DNA of 64,000 bases from Geosiphon pyriformis uo1 (lineage: Eukaryota; Fungi; Glomeromycota). The notes beneath the pieces are model-generated. The model was given only the letters and a program-made list of their open reading frames with translations, was not told the origin of the DNA and searched no databases. The stretch is from the NCBI GenBank assembly GCA_016748015.1, contig JAAOMT010000283.1, positions 314,108-378,107 of the forward strand, written 5' to 3'. Below are positions 45,160 through 57,965 of this stretch, piece after piece. The position numbers and the translations under genes are program-made. Numbering within the stretch: position 1 is the stretch's first letter; every line of letters begins with the position of its first letter.

Positions 45160-48100
45160 GTGGATACATGTCTCTTATAGTGATGGCATTTAATTGGTGG
45201 TAGTCAACACAGAAGCATAAGGTTCCATCATACTTGGATACCACTACAACTGGAAAAGCCCATTCACTTTTGGTTTTTTGTATGAATCCAAGATCTTTCA
45301 TCTGGTTTATCTCTTTCTTGATAAACTCATCATTGCATCGATTGGATTGATAAGGCTTCAAATAGATAGAGTGAGTTTCTTTGGTGGTGATGGTGTGTTG
45401 TATCACATGGGTTTGTCCAGGGGCATCACCTTTTTTTGAGATAACTGGGCTATTTCTAGCCAACAGATTTTCAATATCCACTTTTCTTTCTTCAGGGGAA
45501 GGTTTTTTTTGTTTTACAACTAGTGATTGGATTTTAGGTGGTTTATTCTCAAAAGACTTTTGTACTTCTTTAAGTTCTTCTCAAGGTATCAAGCTAATTG
45601 GTTCCCAATCTTTGTAGTAGATTAAGCAGGATTTGTATTCATTACTTGGTAAATACAAAGATTTATTACACCAGCACCATGCACAAAGACCATGCCACCA
45701 ATAACTGTATTTTGCTTTCTTGCTAGGTTTTCTGTCAAAGGTTCTTCTGAGGATATTATAGTAGGGCCAGCAGATCAGCTTGTCATTTACCATAATTCTT
45801 TCTTTGTCAGCTTTAATATTGTCCAGTGGCTTGCCATTGCTGGTGAAGATGGTATAAGCGAGTTCAGCAGTTTCTTCTAGTTTTTCTTGATCTTCTTCAT
45901 CATCGCTCTCATCATTATCTGATTCATCTGATTGTTCTTCTTCTTGGTTCTGCTTGGGTACTGGAGGGGTTGTTCAATATTGGCATTTAACCACAATGGG
46001 CTTTTCACCACATCTGATGGTTAACTCACAAAGTTCATAGTCAAGTAGTGCTTTGGCTTTCTTAAGCCATTCATTACCAACAATGATGGTGTACTCTTTT
46101 GCTTTAGATACTTCCATATCTGTTTCAATGCTGATATCATTGATGCAAACAGGAATAGCTTTGGCTATGCCCAGGCCTTTCTTTTTGTTACCATGTACAT
46201 TAGTCATTGGTCTTGTGGAAGGCTCATCAATCTTTCTGCCAATTGCTTCAAAAAAATGTTTGGCAATTACACTAACAGATGATTCACTGTTTAAGATCAG
46301 ATCAATGAAGTAGCCAGCCACTTGGGCTTTACAAATCAGAGGGGTGACATTGCTGTTATCAACAAGTCCAGCTTGGCGAGGGCATTTGTTGGTCTTTGGT
46401 GTCTTTTTCTTTGGTATTAATGATTTGTGAAAATTTTTTCTGAATTGTGGATGGGTCATCAGTTGGCCAAATGTAATGTGTGCTGGGGGTTTCCATGAAA
46501 TCTTTAACAACAGAATAGAGTCCAGATTTTTGTACAATTTTTGGGGGTTCTAACTTTGGAGGATTTTTAAAAACCTTAGCCTTTGGTGGCTCATTGTTAT
46601 CAGCAGATGATTTGGATGCTTTGTTTGGGTCTAAGACGAAATCAACCTTGGCTTTCTTCTTCTTTCTGGTTGATTCAGAAGTGTTGATTGCTAGTTTATT
46701 CATATCATGATCATCATCAGTTAGATTAAAAGCATAAAAGAGGTTTTTTTCTGGTTGGCTTGCACTCTCACCTTTTGGAGATGTGCCTACTAGTTTAAAG
46801 GCTGATAAACAGTGGCTTCAACTAGGGAATCCTCTCCAAAGAAATTGATGTTGGCATGATTGGTTCTTTGGTTGGGAACATTATTGTTAATGGTTCTGTT
46901 GTTTTGATTGTCATTGTTTCTAGGAGCTGGAGGGGACAATGGAAAATTGTTGCAGTCTCTTGAAAAGTGTCCAATTAGTCCACAATGGTAGCACACAGGT
47001 GGGCCACGGTTTTGCTGTTTTTAATATATTGGTTGTTAGGGCTGATTGAAATGGGGTTCAAATTTGGGTCTTTGGGATTGTTGATTCTTTCTAACTGCTT
47101 GGGTCAATGGTTCTAATAGCCAGGCAAGATTAACTGTAAGTCTATCTATTAACTGTTCATTTGAGTCTTGAGTTTGGGCAGTAATCGAGGTAGCAGCCAT
47201 TTGGGGAGCAGAAGCCATAACAGGAACAGGAGCAAAAACTGGAAATGTGGATCTTAGATGCATCTTTTAATTGTCTTCTATTTTCTGAGCAAGTTCAATG
47301 GCCATGTCCATTGTGGGATTATCTTTCAAGGCCAGAAGGGGCCAAAGAGCATATGATAAATCAGTTCTCAGTCCTTTTGTAAAGGAATGTATTTTCTGCT
47401 CTTCTGTCCAATTTCTTCCAGAGTCTACCCATTTAATAAGTTTTCTTATTGCTTTGGCATATTCTGTCACAACCTCATCAGAGTCTTGAGTTCTTCTTTC
47501 TAATTCCATATGCCATTTTGAGATTAAGATGGGAGTTCTAAATTTAGTTTCAAACTGGGTAATAAAAGAGGTGTTGTCTTCTCCAGCATTTGTCAGTGCC
47601 CATTTAATGATTCTTTGCTGAGCATTAGCATTGGTTTCTTGTGAGAACCAAGTAGCAGGAGAGCCTTGGATGTAGCCACCAATGATTTGGAATTTGTATT
47701 CATTATCATATTGGTTTGCTGTAGCAGCTTTTTCAAAATTATCCAACCATTCAATTGGATCTTGGGCATCACTTCTGAATAATAGTAATGGGGTGTTGTT
47801 TCTTTGCCCTAAAGCAGTCTGTATACCTTGGAGGGCAATCAGAATGTTTTGTTGCAGAGGGTCTTGAGCCATTGGTTCAGGTGTAACTGTTTGTGTGAAG
47901 TGTTCTGATTCACTTGAAAAGAGATCAAAAACAGGAGCAGTTTGATAGCTTTCTTCTTCTGTTTCAAGAGAAGTTTCTGTTGATTAATGAGCAGCAATCC
48001 AAATGTGGATTTGATGATTCAGATATTCGAGATCAGGGGGCTGTTGTTTAAAGGTTTTAGAATATAAGAGCTGATTAATACTGTTGTTTCTTTCTTCAAA

Positions 48101-48991
48101 GTTGTTTTCAAAATAAGCTTGGTCAAAATAATAGATTGTATAAGTTGTGTAGGTTTTAGCTGAATGCTTGTTCAGGAACCAGTTCTAAAAGTCTTGGAAT
48201 TGTCTGCTGGATTGTTCTTCAATGAGTTCAATAAAGTCTAGATCATTTTTGTTGTGTGCTTTAAAGTGTTCTTTTAATTGTTGTGGCAGGTATGAATAAT
48301 CACCCATACAAATAGAAAACAAAGTGAATTTTGACAACCTCATAGAGAGCACCACTTTTATGTTACGGGTTGGAGTAATAAGCTAATGGATAACAAGAGA
48401 GAACAGGATTGTAGGGTAATGAAAATAATCAAAGAGAATTAAACTTCAAAGAGCAAATTCAATAAGTATAAATTCAATGTGTGAGATCAGTCTTATAAAA
48501 TATCTCAGTTGCTATATTTTTCAAAGATAACCAGAAAATCTGAAGGTAGAGGGATAGTCCATACTGTCAACAAATAATCACACTTGGTATAATTCTATGC
48601 CTCACGTCAGTGCTCTTAGAATTCAATATCAAGTATCAGATGTGCTCTTCAGTCACATTTTATTTAATAATCTTCAAATTTTGCAATTACACAGTTCAGG
48701 AAAAGGGTAAGAAATAACCAACAAGTAATCTTTTATCTTTAAGATGTTCAGATACTTGAAAGTAGGAAAAGGGAAATTAGTGATAAAAGAGAGATTAAGA
48801 TGAAAGTTGTTATTTTATTTATTTTATTTCTTTGATTTCTTTATGTTTTTCTACAGTTAAGAGATTCATTGCTTATATAGCTATCAAAAGTGGTCAATGA
48901 TCATTTACTAAAAATAGAGTGGCTAATTTATATGACATCAGTGGCTAATACATGTGATAATTAATAAGAAGTATAAGTTTCAACCGTAACA

Positions 48992-50241
48992 ATAGGAAGG
49001 ATCCTAACACTATCTTTTCTGACCAATACAGACCAGTTAGAGAGAGCAGCAGCAGCAAAAGAAATGTCCTTAAATTTAACCACAGCATATTGCCATAAAC
49101 CAGCAGGCTTTAATTTAACAAAAGTGACAACACCAAAAATGCCAAGAGCAGTTTTGATGTCATCAGAAAAGGTACTTAAAAGTACATTACACAATGCAAC
49201 TGACAAGGAAGAGGAAGACACAGAGACCACACCAGAAGACTGTGCAATCTTAAGAGTGATCTAAAAAACTTCATCACTGATGGCCACTTTGGTGGCACTA
49301 TTTAGACTCTTCTGAGATGCGAATTCCACACAGAACAACTTTACAGCATCTTGTGAAACTGTCTTTAGCCCAATACAACCAGGCAGCAACTGAAACAAAG
49401 AACCAAGCAGGGACATTTTGATCTTAAACATAGCACCAGATACAAGATTGGAGGCCACCCAACCAGAGAACTTTTGACGTCCATTCACATTCACCCAAGC
49501 ACTAGCATCAGATGCACCAGAAACTGGGGGGGAAACAGTTGATTCCATTTCCATCTGATCAGCACAATCTTTGAAATCATCTGGATTGATGGACTGTTTT
49601 GCTTCTGGGATTGGCAATGATCTGCTGGAGAGTACCACATCAGGCAACACAACTAGTGGTTAATCTTGGCTTATCTTGGGAGATGTGCCACTGCTGTTGC
49701 CATCCATATCAGGAATAGGGCTGGCTGCTGTTGTGGAGATCTTACTGAAGATCTCATTTGGAACCACAAAGAGGTTTGGTGTGACCATAGCAGTTGTGAC
49801 TGCCTGCTGCTGTTTTTTGGAATTTTTTGCTTTTGCAGCCATTTGTGAAGCAGTAATAGTAATAGTAGTAGTGGAAGTGATAAGAGTAGAAAAAACCAAC
49901 TTGTTGACTGGTCTGTTATTAAAAATTTTTGGGCTTTTTGAAATAGTGAAAACAACACTGGGACTAACCCAAGTGTGTTTTTTTGAAGGAACTTTGACTG
50001 GAGAAGAACTTCCAGCCAAAGATAAAAAAAATGAACCAAAAGCTGCTAAAGACAGCTTATTACTAGTATTTTTTAAAGGAAATGTTGCCAGAACGTTTTG
50101 TCTAGCTGCTTTAATAACAAAGAGACCCTTTTATGTTGAAACTTTATTAGTTACTATAGGAAAAGCAACATTTACAACTTTTTTACTCTTAGCTCTATTT
50201 GTGGTCATGAAATTTAGGAGAAAAAAAAGTTTTTTTTTTTT
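48992..50241 (-). mobile_element. ORF1-only element H11, 5' half (3' cut by the A6 LTR), inserted in LINE L2
   Basis: 5' A12 leader at 50230-50241; ORFs 49660..50019, 49261..49650 and 48961..49230. Confidence 0.9.
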
Positions 50242-52469
50242 ATAGCTCTCCTGTTTCACTTTTTTATTATCTTCTTCTTTCTTTTTCTCTGATATGTAAC
50301 TTGGTGATTGATTCATTATTCTGTTTTCATTTTTTTTTTCTACTGTTACTCCAAGTTTTAAAGCCACAGCATTCAGTAGTTTAGCCATTTCATTCATCTG
50401 TTGTCTCAATTCATCAATTTCAACCCTTCATGGCTGGTCTGCCCTTTTTTTTGTTGGCCCTCTTTGTTGTTTACTTGTGAGCCTGTTTTTTGAGATCCAC
50501 TTGGATTTACATTATTCCTACTACTATATGGGTTTAGTACCACCATTTTAGCATATGACTTTCCTCCAAAGGTCTTGATGAGTTCTTCTGGTACATTTTT
50601 TTTAACATACAATTTGGCCAATCATATGTTGTTGGTAATCTTTCTTGGTATTTCCCTCCTTTTTCTTAAGTAGAGTAGGGCACTTTGAGACCAAGTGTCT
50701 TATCTGATAACAAAAATGACATTTTTTAATATCAGTAGGCACTTAGTGAACCAAAGTGTTTCCAATTACCAAGAGTTTATCAGTAGCATTGTAATGACTG
50801 GTTTTGCTATTAAACCCTATGTAAGCACAGCCCGTTCTGGTGTAATTTCTGCTAGTCCTTGGAATAAAGCAGGATTGGGCTTTGATTTAATCCAAAGTGG
50901 TACTCAGATAGTGGGCAGCACAGTTTTGTGGTAGGCCAACAAGCTTAGCTTCTCAGGTTTTTCTCTGTTCAATGATCTTTTGGGTACCTATCATTGGATA
51001 AATTCTAACTGCATCTTTCCTGATCAGGGTTGACCATTGGTTTACAGCTCTAGTTGCCTTCTTTTGGTTGTTGAATTCAACTACTGCTAACTGCTATTTT
51101 CCAGTCACTTTAATTTTGACTTTTTTAACCTCTCCAAATTCTTTCATGGCAGCTTCAACTTCTCTGTCAGAAATACCCAAAGGAATATCTTTAACTAGAA
51201 CTTTTTTTTGACCAGCCATTTGGTTGGCAATACCATCAGTTGCCATTAAAAATGACTCAATTTTCACATCTGTTAGGATTTTCCTAGCTTGATTCCTTCC
51301 AGTAATTTAGGAGAAATCTATTCAGATTTCTTGGTTTCTTATCATTACAGTTCCCAAAAGGTAACTAACATCCCCCAACAAATTGTAAATTCACCTTATC
51401 TTCTTTCCCATGTTTTTTTCTGGTATGTCCAGTATCTGCACAAACAGAACATGTCTTTTGGTGCCATAAACAACAGTTCTCTACTCTTCTTCTTGATTTG
51501 CTTCCTTAGCCATAGCATTTTTCTCCAATATTTTGCTACTTTTTTGGTTTGGGCTTGGGCTTGTTATTCTGCTTAAAAGACCCAATTCAGAGTCTTCCAT
51601 GTCTTCTGCAATCCCTTTCAAATTGGCTATATCCTTGTTTGTTTCAAATAGATTGTCCATTTGCTCATCAAATTTCTCTACAGATTTTTCTTTGTTGATC
51701 TTGCCCAAAATCTCAGGATCGCATTTTCTTAGAGCAGCTTCAATCTGTGCTGTTCTCACAACTTCTTTATTAAGCAATTTGGATGGTCTATCCAATTTCT
51801 TTAGGGACTTTGATGCTCTTTTTTCACCAGTTGAAGCTTCTATTTAAAACTTATTACTGTTTTCTTTTTTGTTGAACATTGGTCACAAGACAAAATTGTT
51901 GGTCTGGTCTGTTGTTTTATCAGTAAGTTCTTTTTCAATGACCTGATTAAATTTCTCTGTCATGCCTTTTACACTTATTTTTCCCAAATGTCTGTATTTT
52001 TTATTGGGTTTTTCTTCTAGTCTGTTGTCTATTAGTGGAAAGAAGTCAGCCATTCTTCATTGTAAAGCTGTTCTTTTTAATGTATTAGCAATTCTAAAGG
52101 GTGTATCATCTCCACTACTTGTGTTTACACTTCTAATTGTTCCACTGCTATGTTTAAATCTGAATGGAAGTGTTATAGATCTCGTATTTTCAACCAGTAT
52201 TTGGTTTAGTATGATCGTGTTAATTCCCTTTTTTTCAGTATTGACAGTCTCTTCCACTTGGTTTTTATGCTTAGTGGTATCTTTACTAGTACTTCTGTTC
52301 ATGACTATTGTCACTTTGCTATTAGTATTATTGTCAGACACTTTGAAGTCTGTTATGATAATAAAGTGTACTTTTTAACTAAAGGTATCTTTTGGCAAAA
52401 AACTATTTTTCTAAATTTAAGGCATAGTAAATTTTGTGATAGTAAACAAAGAAAGAAAAAAAGTTTTTT
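50242..52469 (-). mobile_element. L1-like LINE copy L2 (5' end and degenerate ORF1)
   Basis: Collinear with 22400-24215 plus 9870-10192 (MSDNNTNSKVT…; LAKLYVKKNVP…KSYAKM). Confidence 0.85.
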
Positions 52470-52486
52470 GCCCAAACTACTGCTTG

Positions 52487-52578
52487 ATCTTTTTTTAAAA
52501 ATAGAGTGGCTAATTTATATAATATCAGTGGCTAATACATGTGATAATTAATAAAAAGTATAAGTTTCAGCCATAACA
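52487..52578 (-). repeat. LTR-A terminal fragment
   Basis: Reverse complement of the first ~90 nt of LTR-A, ending ccataaca. Confidence 0.8.
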
Positions 52579-53477
52579 CTAGTACCAAGTCACCAATACT
52601 TAAAGAAAGTGTTTTATAGGTTTTCTTTTTCTTAAGCTTTTCTTAGAACTGTTTTATTTTTTCAAAAGCAATTATTCATGCTTCTACCAAGGAGTCAAGA
52701 ATGATACCAAGTCTTCTTTGCAAAATGTCTTTGTAATTTCTTATTGTGATTTCTTCAAAAGGTATTGTCTCAATATTAGTTTCTATTGGTAGTGTTGCCA
52801 TGTGTTCATAAAGCAGATAAAAAGGTTTATAACTTGTTATGTTATGATTCACAGTTCTACAAGCAAACAAAACTGAAGGCAGTACTTTGTCTTATAAGTT
52901 TGTTTTTTCACTGGTTTTGGCTAGGGTTTTATATAGTGTTCTTTTAAAACATTCTACTAAGCCATTTGTTTGGAAATGATAAGAGAAGAAAAGTTTATAA
53001 TGTATTCCCATTTTTTTACAAAGTTTTTCAACCAGTGTACTGAGAAAAGCAAATGATATCTTCATAAATAAAATTGGTTATTGAGACTGCTGTTTGGTCT
53101 GGAGTGGCTCTTGCTTCTACCTACTTTGTAAGATTGTTAATAGCTGTAATAATATATTTGTTGTTATCAGGAGTTATTGTTAAAGGTCCAACAACATCTA
53201 TACCAATTCTGTTAAATAGTTGACCAATAGAGATTAGATGGATATTTTCTTTGTGATTGGGTTTGCCTTTTCTTTGGCAAATGTTACAGGTTTTGATATA
53301 TTTAGCAATGTCCTTTTCCAAGATAGGCCAATAATAGTGAGCTAAGGTTTTCTGAATTGTTTTTGTTTTTTCAAAGTGTCCAGCTAACAGGTTAGTGTGC
53401 ATGTTGTATATTACAATTTCTCTTTCTTCAAATCTGATGACTCTTTGGGGGTGGTCAAGATCTTTTCTATTTCTTTT
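52579..53477 (-). pseudogene. pol: LTR-A integrase fragment A7
   Basis: ORFs 53121..53402 (HHCC, IGIDVVGP) and 52676..52870. Confidence 0.85.
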
Positions 53478-55391
53478 GTTGAAACTTATACTTCTTATTA
53501 ATTATTATATGTATTAGCTGCTAATATCACATAAATTAGCCACTTTATTTTTAGAAAGTGATTATTGACCTGATCAATAACTTGACCATTGATCTAATCA
53601 TTAACCTGATTATTGACCTAATCAATGACCTGATCATTGACCTAGTCATTGACCTAATTATTGACCACTTTTGATAACTATATAAGCGATGAATTTCTTA
53701 GTTGTAGAAAAATATGTAGAAATTAAAGAAAGAAATAAAATAAAATAACAACTTCATCTCAATCTTTCTCTTATTGCTAATTTTTTTTTTCTTACCTTCA
53801 AGTATCTGAACATCTTGGAATAAAAAATTACTTGTTGGTTATTCTTTACTCTTTTTCTGAAATGTGTAATTGCAGCATTTGAAGTTGAAATTCTTTTGAT
53901 TATTTCTATCACCCTACAATACTGTTCTCCCTTGCTATCCATTAGCTTGTTACTCCAACCTGTAACATAAAAGTGGTGCTCTTTGTGAGGTTTTTAAAAT
54001 CCACTTTGTTTTCTATTGTATGGATAATTATTCATATCTGCCACAACAATCAAAAAAACACTTTGAAGCACACAACAAAAATAATCTAGACTTTATTAAA
54101 CTCAATTCTTTGCTCTCCTGTTTGATTTGCTTCCCCATTGAAAAACAATCTAGCAAACAATTCCAAAACCTTTCTGAACAAGCATTCAGCTGAAATCTAC
54201 ACAGTCTATACAACTTATTACTTTAATCAAGCTTATTTTTAAAGAAAAAAACAACAGCATTAATCAGCTTTTATATTCCACAACCTTTGAACAACAGCTC
54301 CCTAATTTCGAATATCTGAATTATCAAATCCATACTTGGATTGCTGCTCATCAAGCAACTAAAACTACTCTTGAAACAGAAGAAGAAAGCTATTAAACTG
54401 CTTCTGTTTTTGATCTCTTTTCAAGTGAATCAGATCACTCTACTCAAACAGTAACTCCTGAACCAATGGCTAATGATTCTATGCAATAGAACATTCTGAT
54501 TGCTTTCCAAGACATACAAACTGCTTTTGGAAGAAAAAACAACACTCTATTACTCTTGTTTAGAGGTGATGCACAAGATCCAATCGAATAGTTAGATGAC
54601 TTTGAAAGAGCAGCCACAGCAAACCAATATGATAATGAATACAAGTTTCAAATCATTGGTGGCTACCTTTAAGGCTTTTCTGCTACTTGGTTCTCACAAG
54701 AAACCAATGCCAATACCTAGCAAAGAATCATTAGATGGACACCAGCAAATGCTGGAGAAGACAATACCTCTTTTACTACTTGATTTGAAATGAAATTTAG
54801 AACTCCTATCTTAATATCAAAATGACATATGGAATTAGAAAGAAGAACCCAAGGTCTTGGTAAAACTGTAACTGAATATGCAAAAGCAATCAGAAAGTTA
54901 ATCAAGTGGGTAGACTCTGAAAAAAACTGGACAAAAGAGCAGAAAACTCACTCCTTTACAAAAGGATTGAGAACTGATCTTTCATATGCTCTTTGGCCCC
55001 TCCTGGTCCTAAAAAACAATCCTACAATAGATATGGCTGTTGAACTAGCCCAACAAATTGAAGACAATTAAAGGATGCACTTGGAATCCACACTTCCAGT
55101 TTTTGCTCCTGCTCTTGTTATGGCTTCTGCTCCTCAAATGGCTGCTACTTCTTTTACTGCTCAAACTTCAGATCTCAATGAACAATTAATAGATAGATTC
55201 ACAGCCAATCTTGTCCAGTTATTAGAACTCTTAGCTCAAGCAGTCAGAGAAAATCAACAAACTTAAAGACCCAGATTTGAATCCCATTTTAATCAGCCCC
55301 AGCAACTCCCTTATCAAAGACAACAAAATCATGGCCCATTTGCTGTGGATTAACTGAACATTTCTCCAAAGATTGCAACAATTCTCCTCCA

Positions 55392-57755
55392 ATTTTTTTT
55401 TTGTTAAAGTGTAGCCATGCTGGTTATTTATTAGTTAAGCCTAAAGTAATGTGGTGGTTTCATAAAGCCAACTCACCCAATAATACAAAAATCACAAGAT
55501 GCAGCTAACCACAAGCAGAAAGCCCTAACTATATGTTAGTACTACCTTTGCTACCTAATGTATTAAACATATCTAATTCATACATTTTACTCATAATGCA
55601 TACAAGCTCATGATTACTCTTAACAAGACTACTCATCCACTTAGTAGTCTGATCAGGATCGGATTTGATATTAGAGAATTGAACCTCTCATAATTTCATC
55701 ATTGCATTAAATGTGTTATCATAGACTGAAAAATTTTTAACGTCATTATCATTATTATCATCATCCATGTCTTTATCATCAGATATGTCAAAATGGACTT
55801 TTTCACTTCTCAACTTGATGGCTCCCACTTCCTTTTGCAATACAGAAGCCACAGCACAAACAGCATTAATTTGGTTTCCCAATCCAACCACACTTTCTTT
55901 CATTGCCTCTGCCATAACAAATGGAGTAGACAATAATTTAGTAACCAACACAACCAAAAAACTTACAGGCTCAATTATAGATTTGATCAACAAAGACAGT
56001 TCACTAAGTTGGATTTCCAGAGAAGCCAACCTAGCATTAACAGCAACATCTGAACCAGAGGAAACAACAGACAACAGAAGCACAACACTTTTGGGGAGAG
56101 AACCAAAAGCAAGATCCATATCAGCAGCAGCAGCAACAAAAAGAACCACAGAGGTAGCAGCTTTGGCATAGGATTTAGCTCCAACAAAGGATGTGAGAGA
56201 GAGGTGGCAGCACCTTGTAGTCCACAGCCAAATGATCCAAACTTTGGCATTTGTAGCAGCAATGACAACCAGGAGTTTCCCACCAGATATGACAGCCACA
56301 TAAGGTACCAGTTTTTGAAACAGCAGCATTTAAAAATTCCAAGGAATCAAAGGTTACCACAGCAAAGTGTTGATGTCAATAGGAATCAGGGGAGAAGAGA
56401 ATGAAACATGTATGGCCACCAACTTGGGAGACCAGATTACTTATTTCAAATGCAGTACAGCCAAATAGAAGATTAACCAGCTTAGTTTTAAAAACATCTC
56501 TTAAGGAGATAACTTTCTTATAGTTGGCAATAAAAAGAATTCTAATACTGTCTTTCCTAACCAAAACAGATTAGTGAGAGAGAGTGGTAGCAGCAGAAGA
56601 AGTGTTCTTAAAATTAACCACAGCATATTGCCATAAGCCAACAGGCTTTAACTTAACAGACATGACAACACCAAAAATGCTAAGAGCAGTTTTGATGTCA
56701 TCGGAAGAGGTACCCAAAGGTACATTATGCAGTACAACTAACAAAAAAGGAGAAGAAACAGAGGCCACACCAGAAGACCATGCAATCTTAAATATAGTCA
56801 AAAAAACCTCATCACTAATAGTCACTTTAATGGCACCAGTTAGACTCTCCTAAGATGCAAATTCCATACAGAACAACTTAACAGCATCTTGTAAAACCAA
56901 CTTAAGCCCAATACAACCAGGCAGCAGCTGAAACAAAGAACTAAGAAGAACCATCTTAATCTTAAATATGGCACCAAGCACAAGAGTAGAGGCCACCCAC
57001 CCAAAGAACCTTTGTTAACTATTTACATTCATCCAAGCATCACCATCAGCAACACCAAAAACTGGGGGAAGAGTAAATAATTCCATTTCCATCTGATCAG
57101 CCCAATCTTTGAGATTATCTGAAATAATAGGCTGTTTTGCTTCCATGGCAGGAAATGATCTGCTGGAGATTACCACATCAGACAACACAGCCAGTGGTTA
57201 ATCTTGCTTCATATTAGGAGTTGAGTCGTTGCTATTGCCATCCATATTAGGAAGAGGACTGGCTGCTGCTGTGGAGATCTTACCCAAGATCTCATCTGAA
57301 ACCACAAAAGGGTTTGGTGTAACCATAGTAGTTGCTGCTGTTTTTTGGAATTTTTGGCTTTTGTAGCTATTTGTGAAGCAGAGATAGTAGAAATAATGGG
57401 AGTGGTAAGAGCAAGAAAAACCAACTTATTGACAAGTCTGTTATTAAAAATCTTTGGGCTTTTTGAAGTAGTAGAGACAACACTAGGACTAACTTAGTGT
57501 GCTTTTTTGAAAGAACTTTGACTAAAGAAGAACTACCAGCCAAAGAAAAAAAAAATAAACCAGAAGCTGCTAAAAGCAGCTTTTCACTAATGTTTCTTAA
57601 AGGAAATGTAGCCAGAACGTTTTGTCTAACTGCTTCAATAATAAAGAGACCCTCTTGTGTTGAAACTTTATTAATTACTATAGGAAAAGTACTGTTTGTA
57701 ACTTTTTTACTCTTAGCTCTAATTGTGGTCATGAAATTTAGAAGAAAAAGAGTTT
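55392..57755 (-). mobile_element. ORF1-only element H12 in gag of A8
   Basis: TSD aacaat(t/c)ctcctcca (55377-55391 / 57765-57779); poly(A). Confidence 0.92.
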
Positions 57756-57916
57756 AAAGATTTTAACAATCCTCCTCCATCTCATCCAGCTTCCAGAAAC
57801 AATAACAATCAAAACAACAGAACTATCAACAACAATGTCCTCAATCAAAGACCCAATTATGTCAACATCAATTTCTTTGGAGAGAATTCCTTAGTTGAAG
57901 CCACTGTTTATCAGCC

Positions 57917-57965
57917 TTTAAACTGGTAGGTGCACCTCCAAAGGGTGAGAGTGCAAGCCAACCAG
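57917..57965 (+). promoter_or_regulatory. Putative -1 ribosomal frameshift signal (U UUA AAC plus hairpin) at the gag/pol junction
   Basis: In-frame X XXY YYZ heptamer two codons before the gag stop; also at 14742-14748, 33661-33667(-) and 46793-46799(-). Confidence 0.8.

Larger units (their letters stand above)
39066..48991 (-). mobile_element. Two-LTR LTR-A copy A6 carrying H10 (LTRs 39066-39698 and 48361-48991; no TSD)
   Basis: PBS 48338-48354, gag 47267..47872, knuckle CYHCGLIGHFSRDC, PR 45974..46537, RT/RH 41722-42732, IN 40980..41570, ORF3, PPT. Confidence 0.93.

Noticed and set aside
57906-57943. 38-nt GT…AG 'intron' that would also fuse gag to pol
   Set aside because: Very short, with a poor donor (gtttat) and no clear branch point; an in-register slippery heptamer plus stem explains the junction better.
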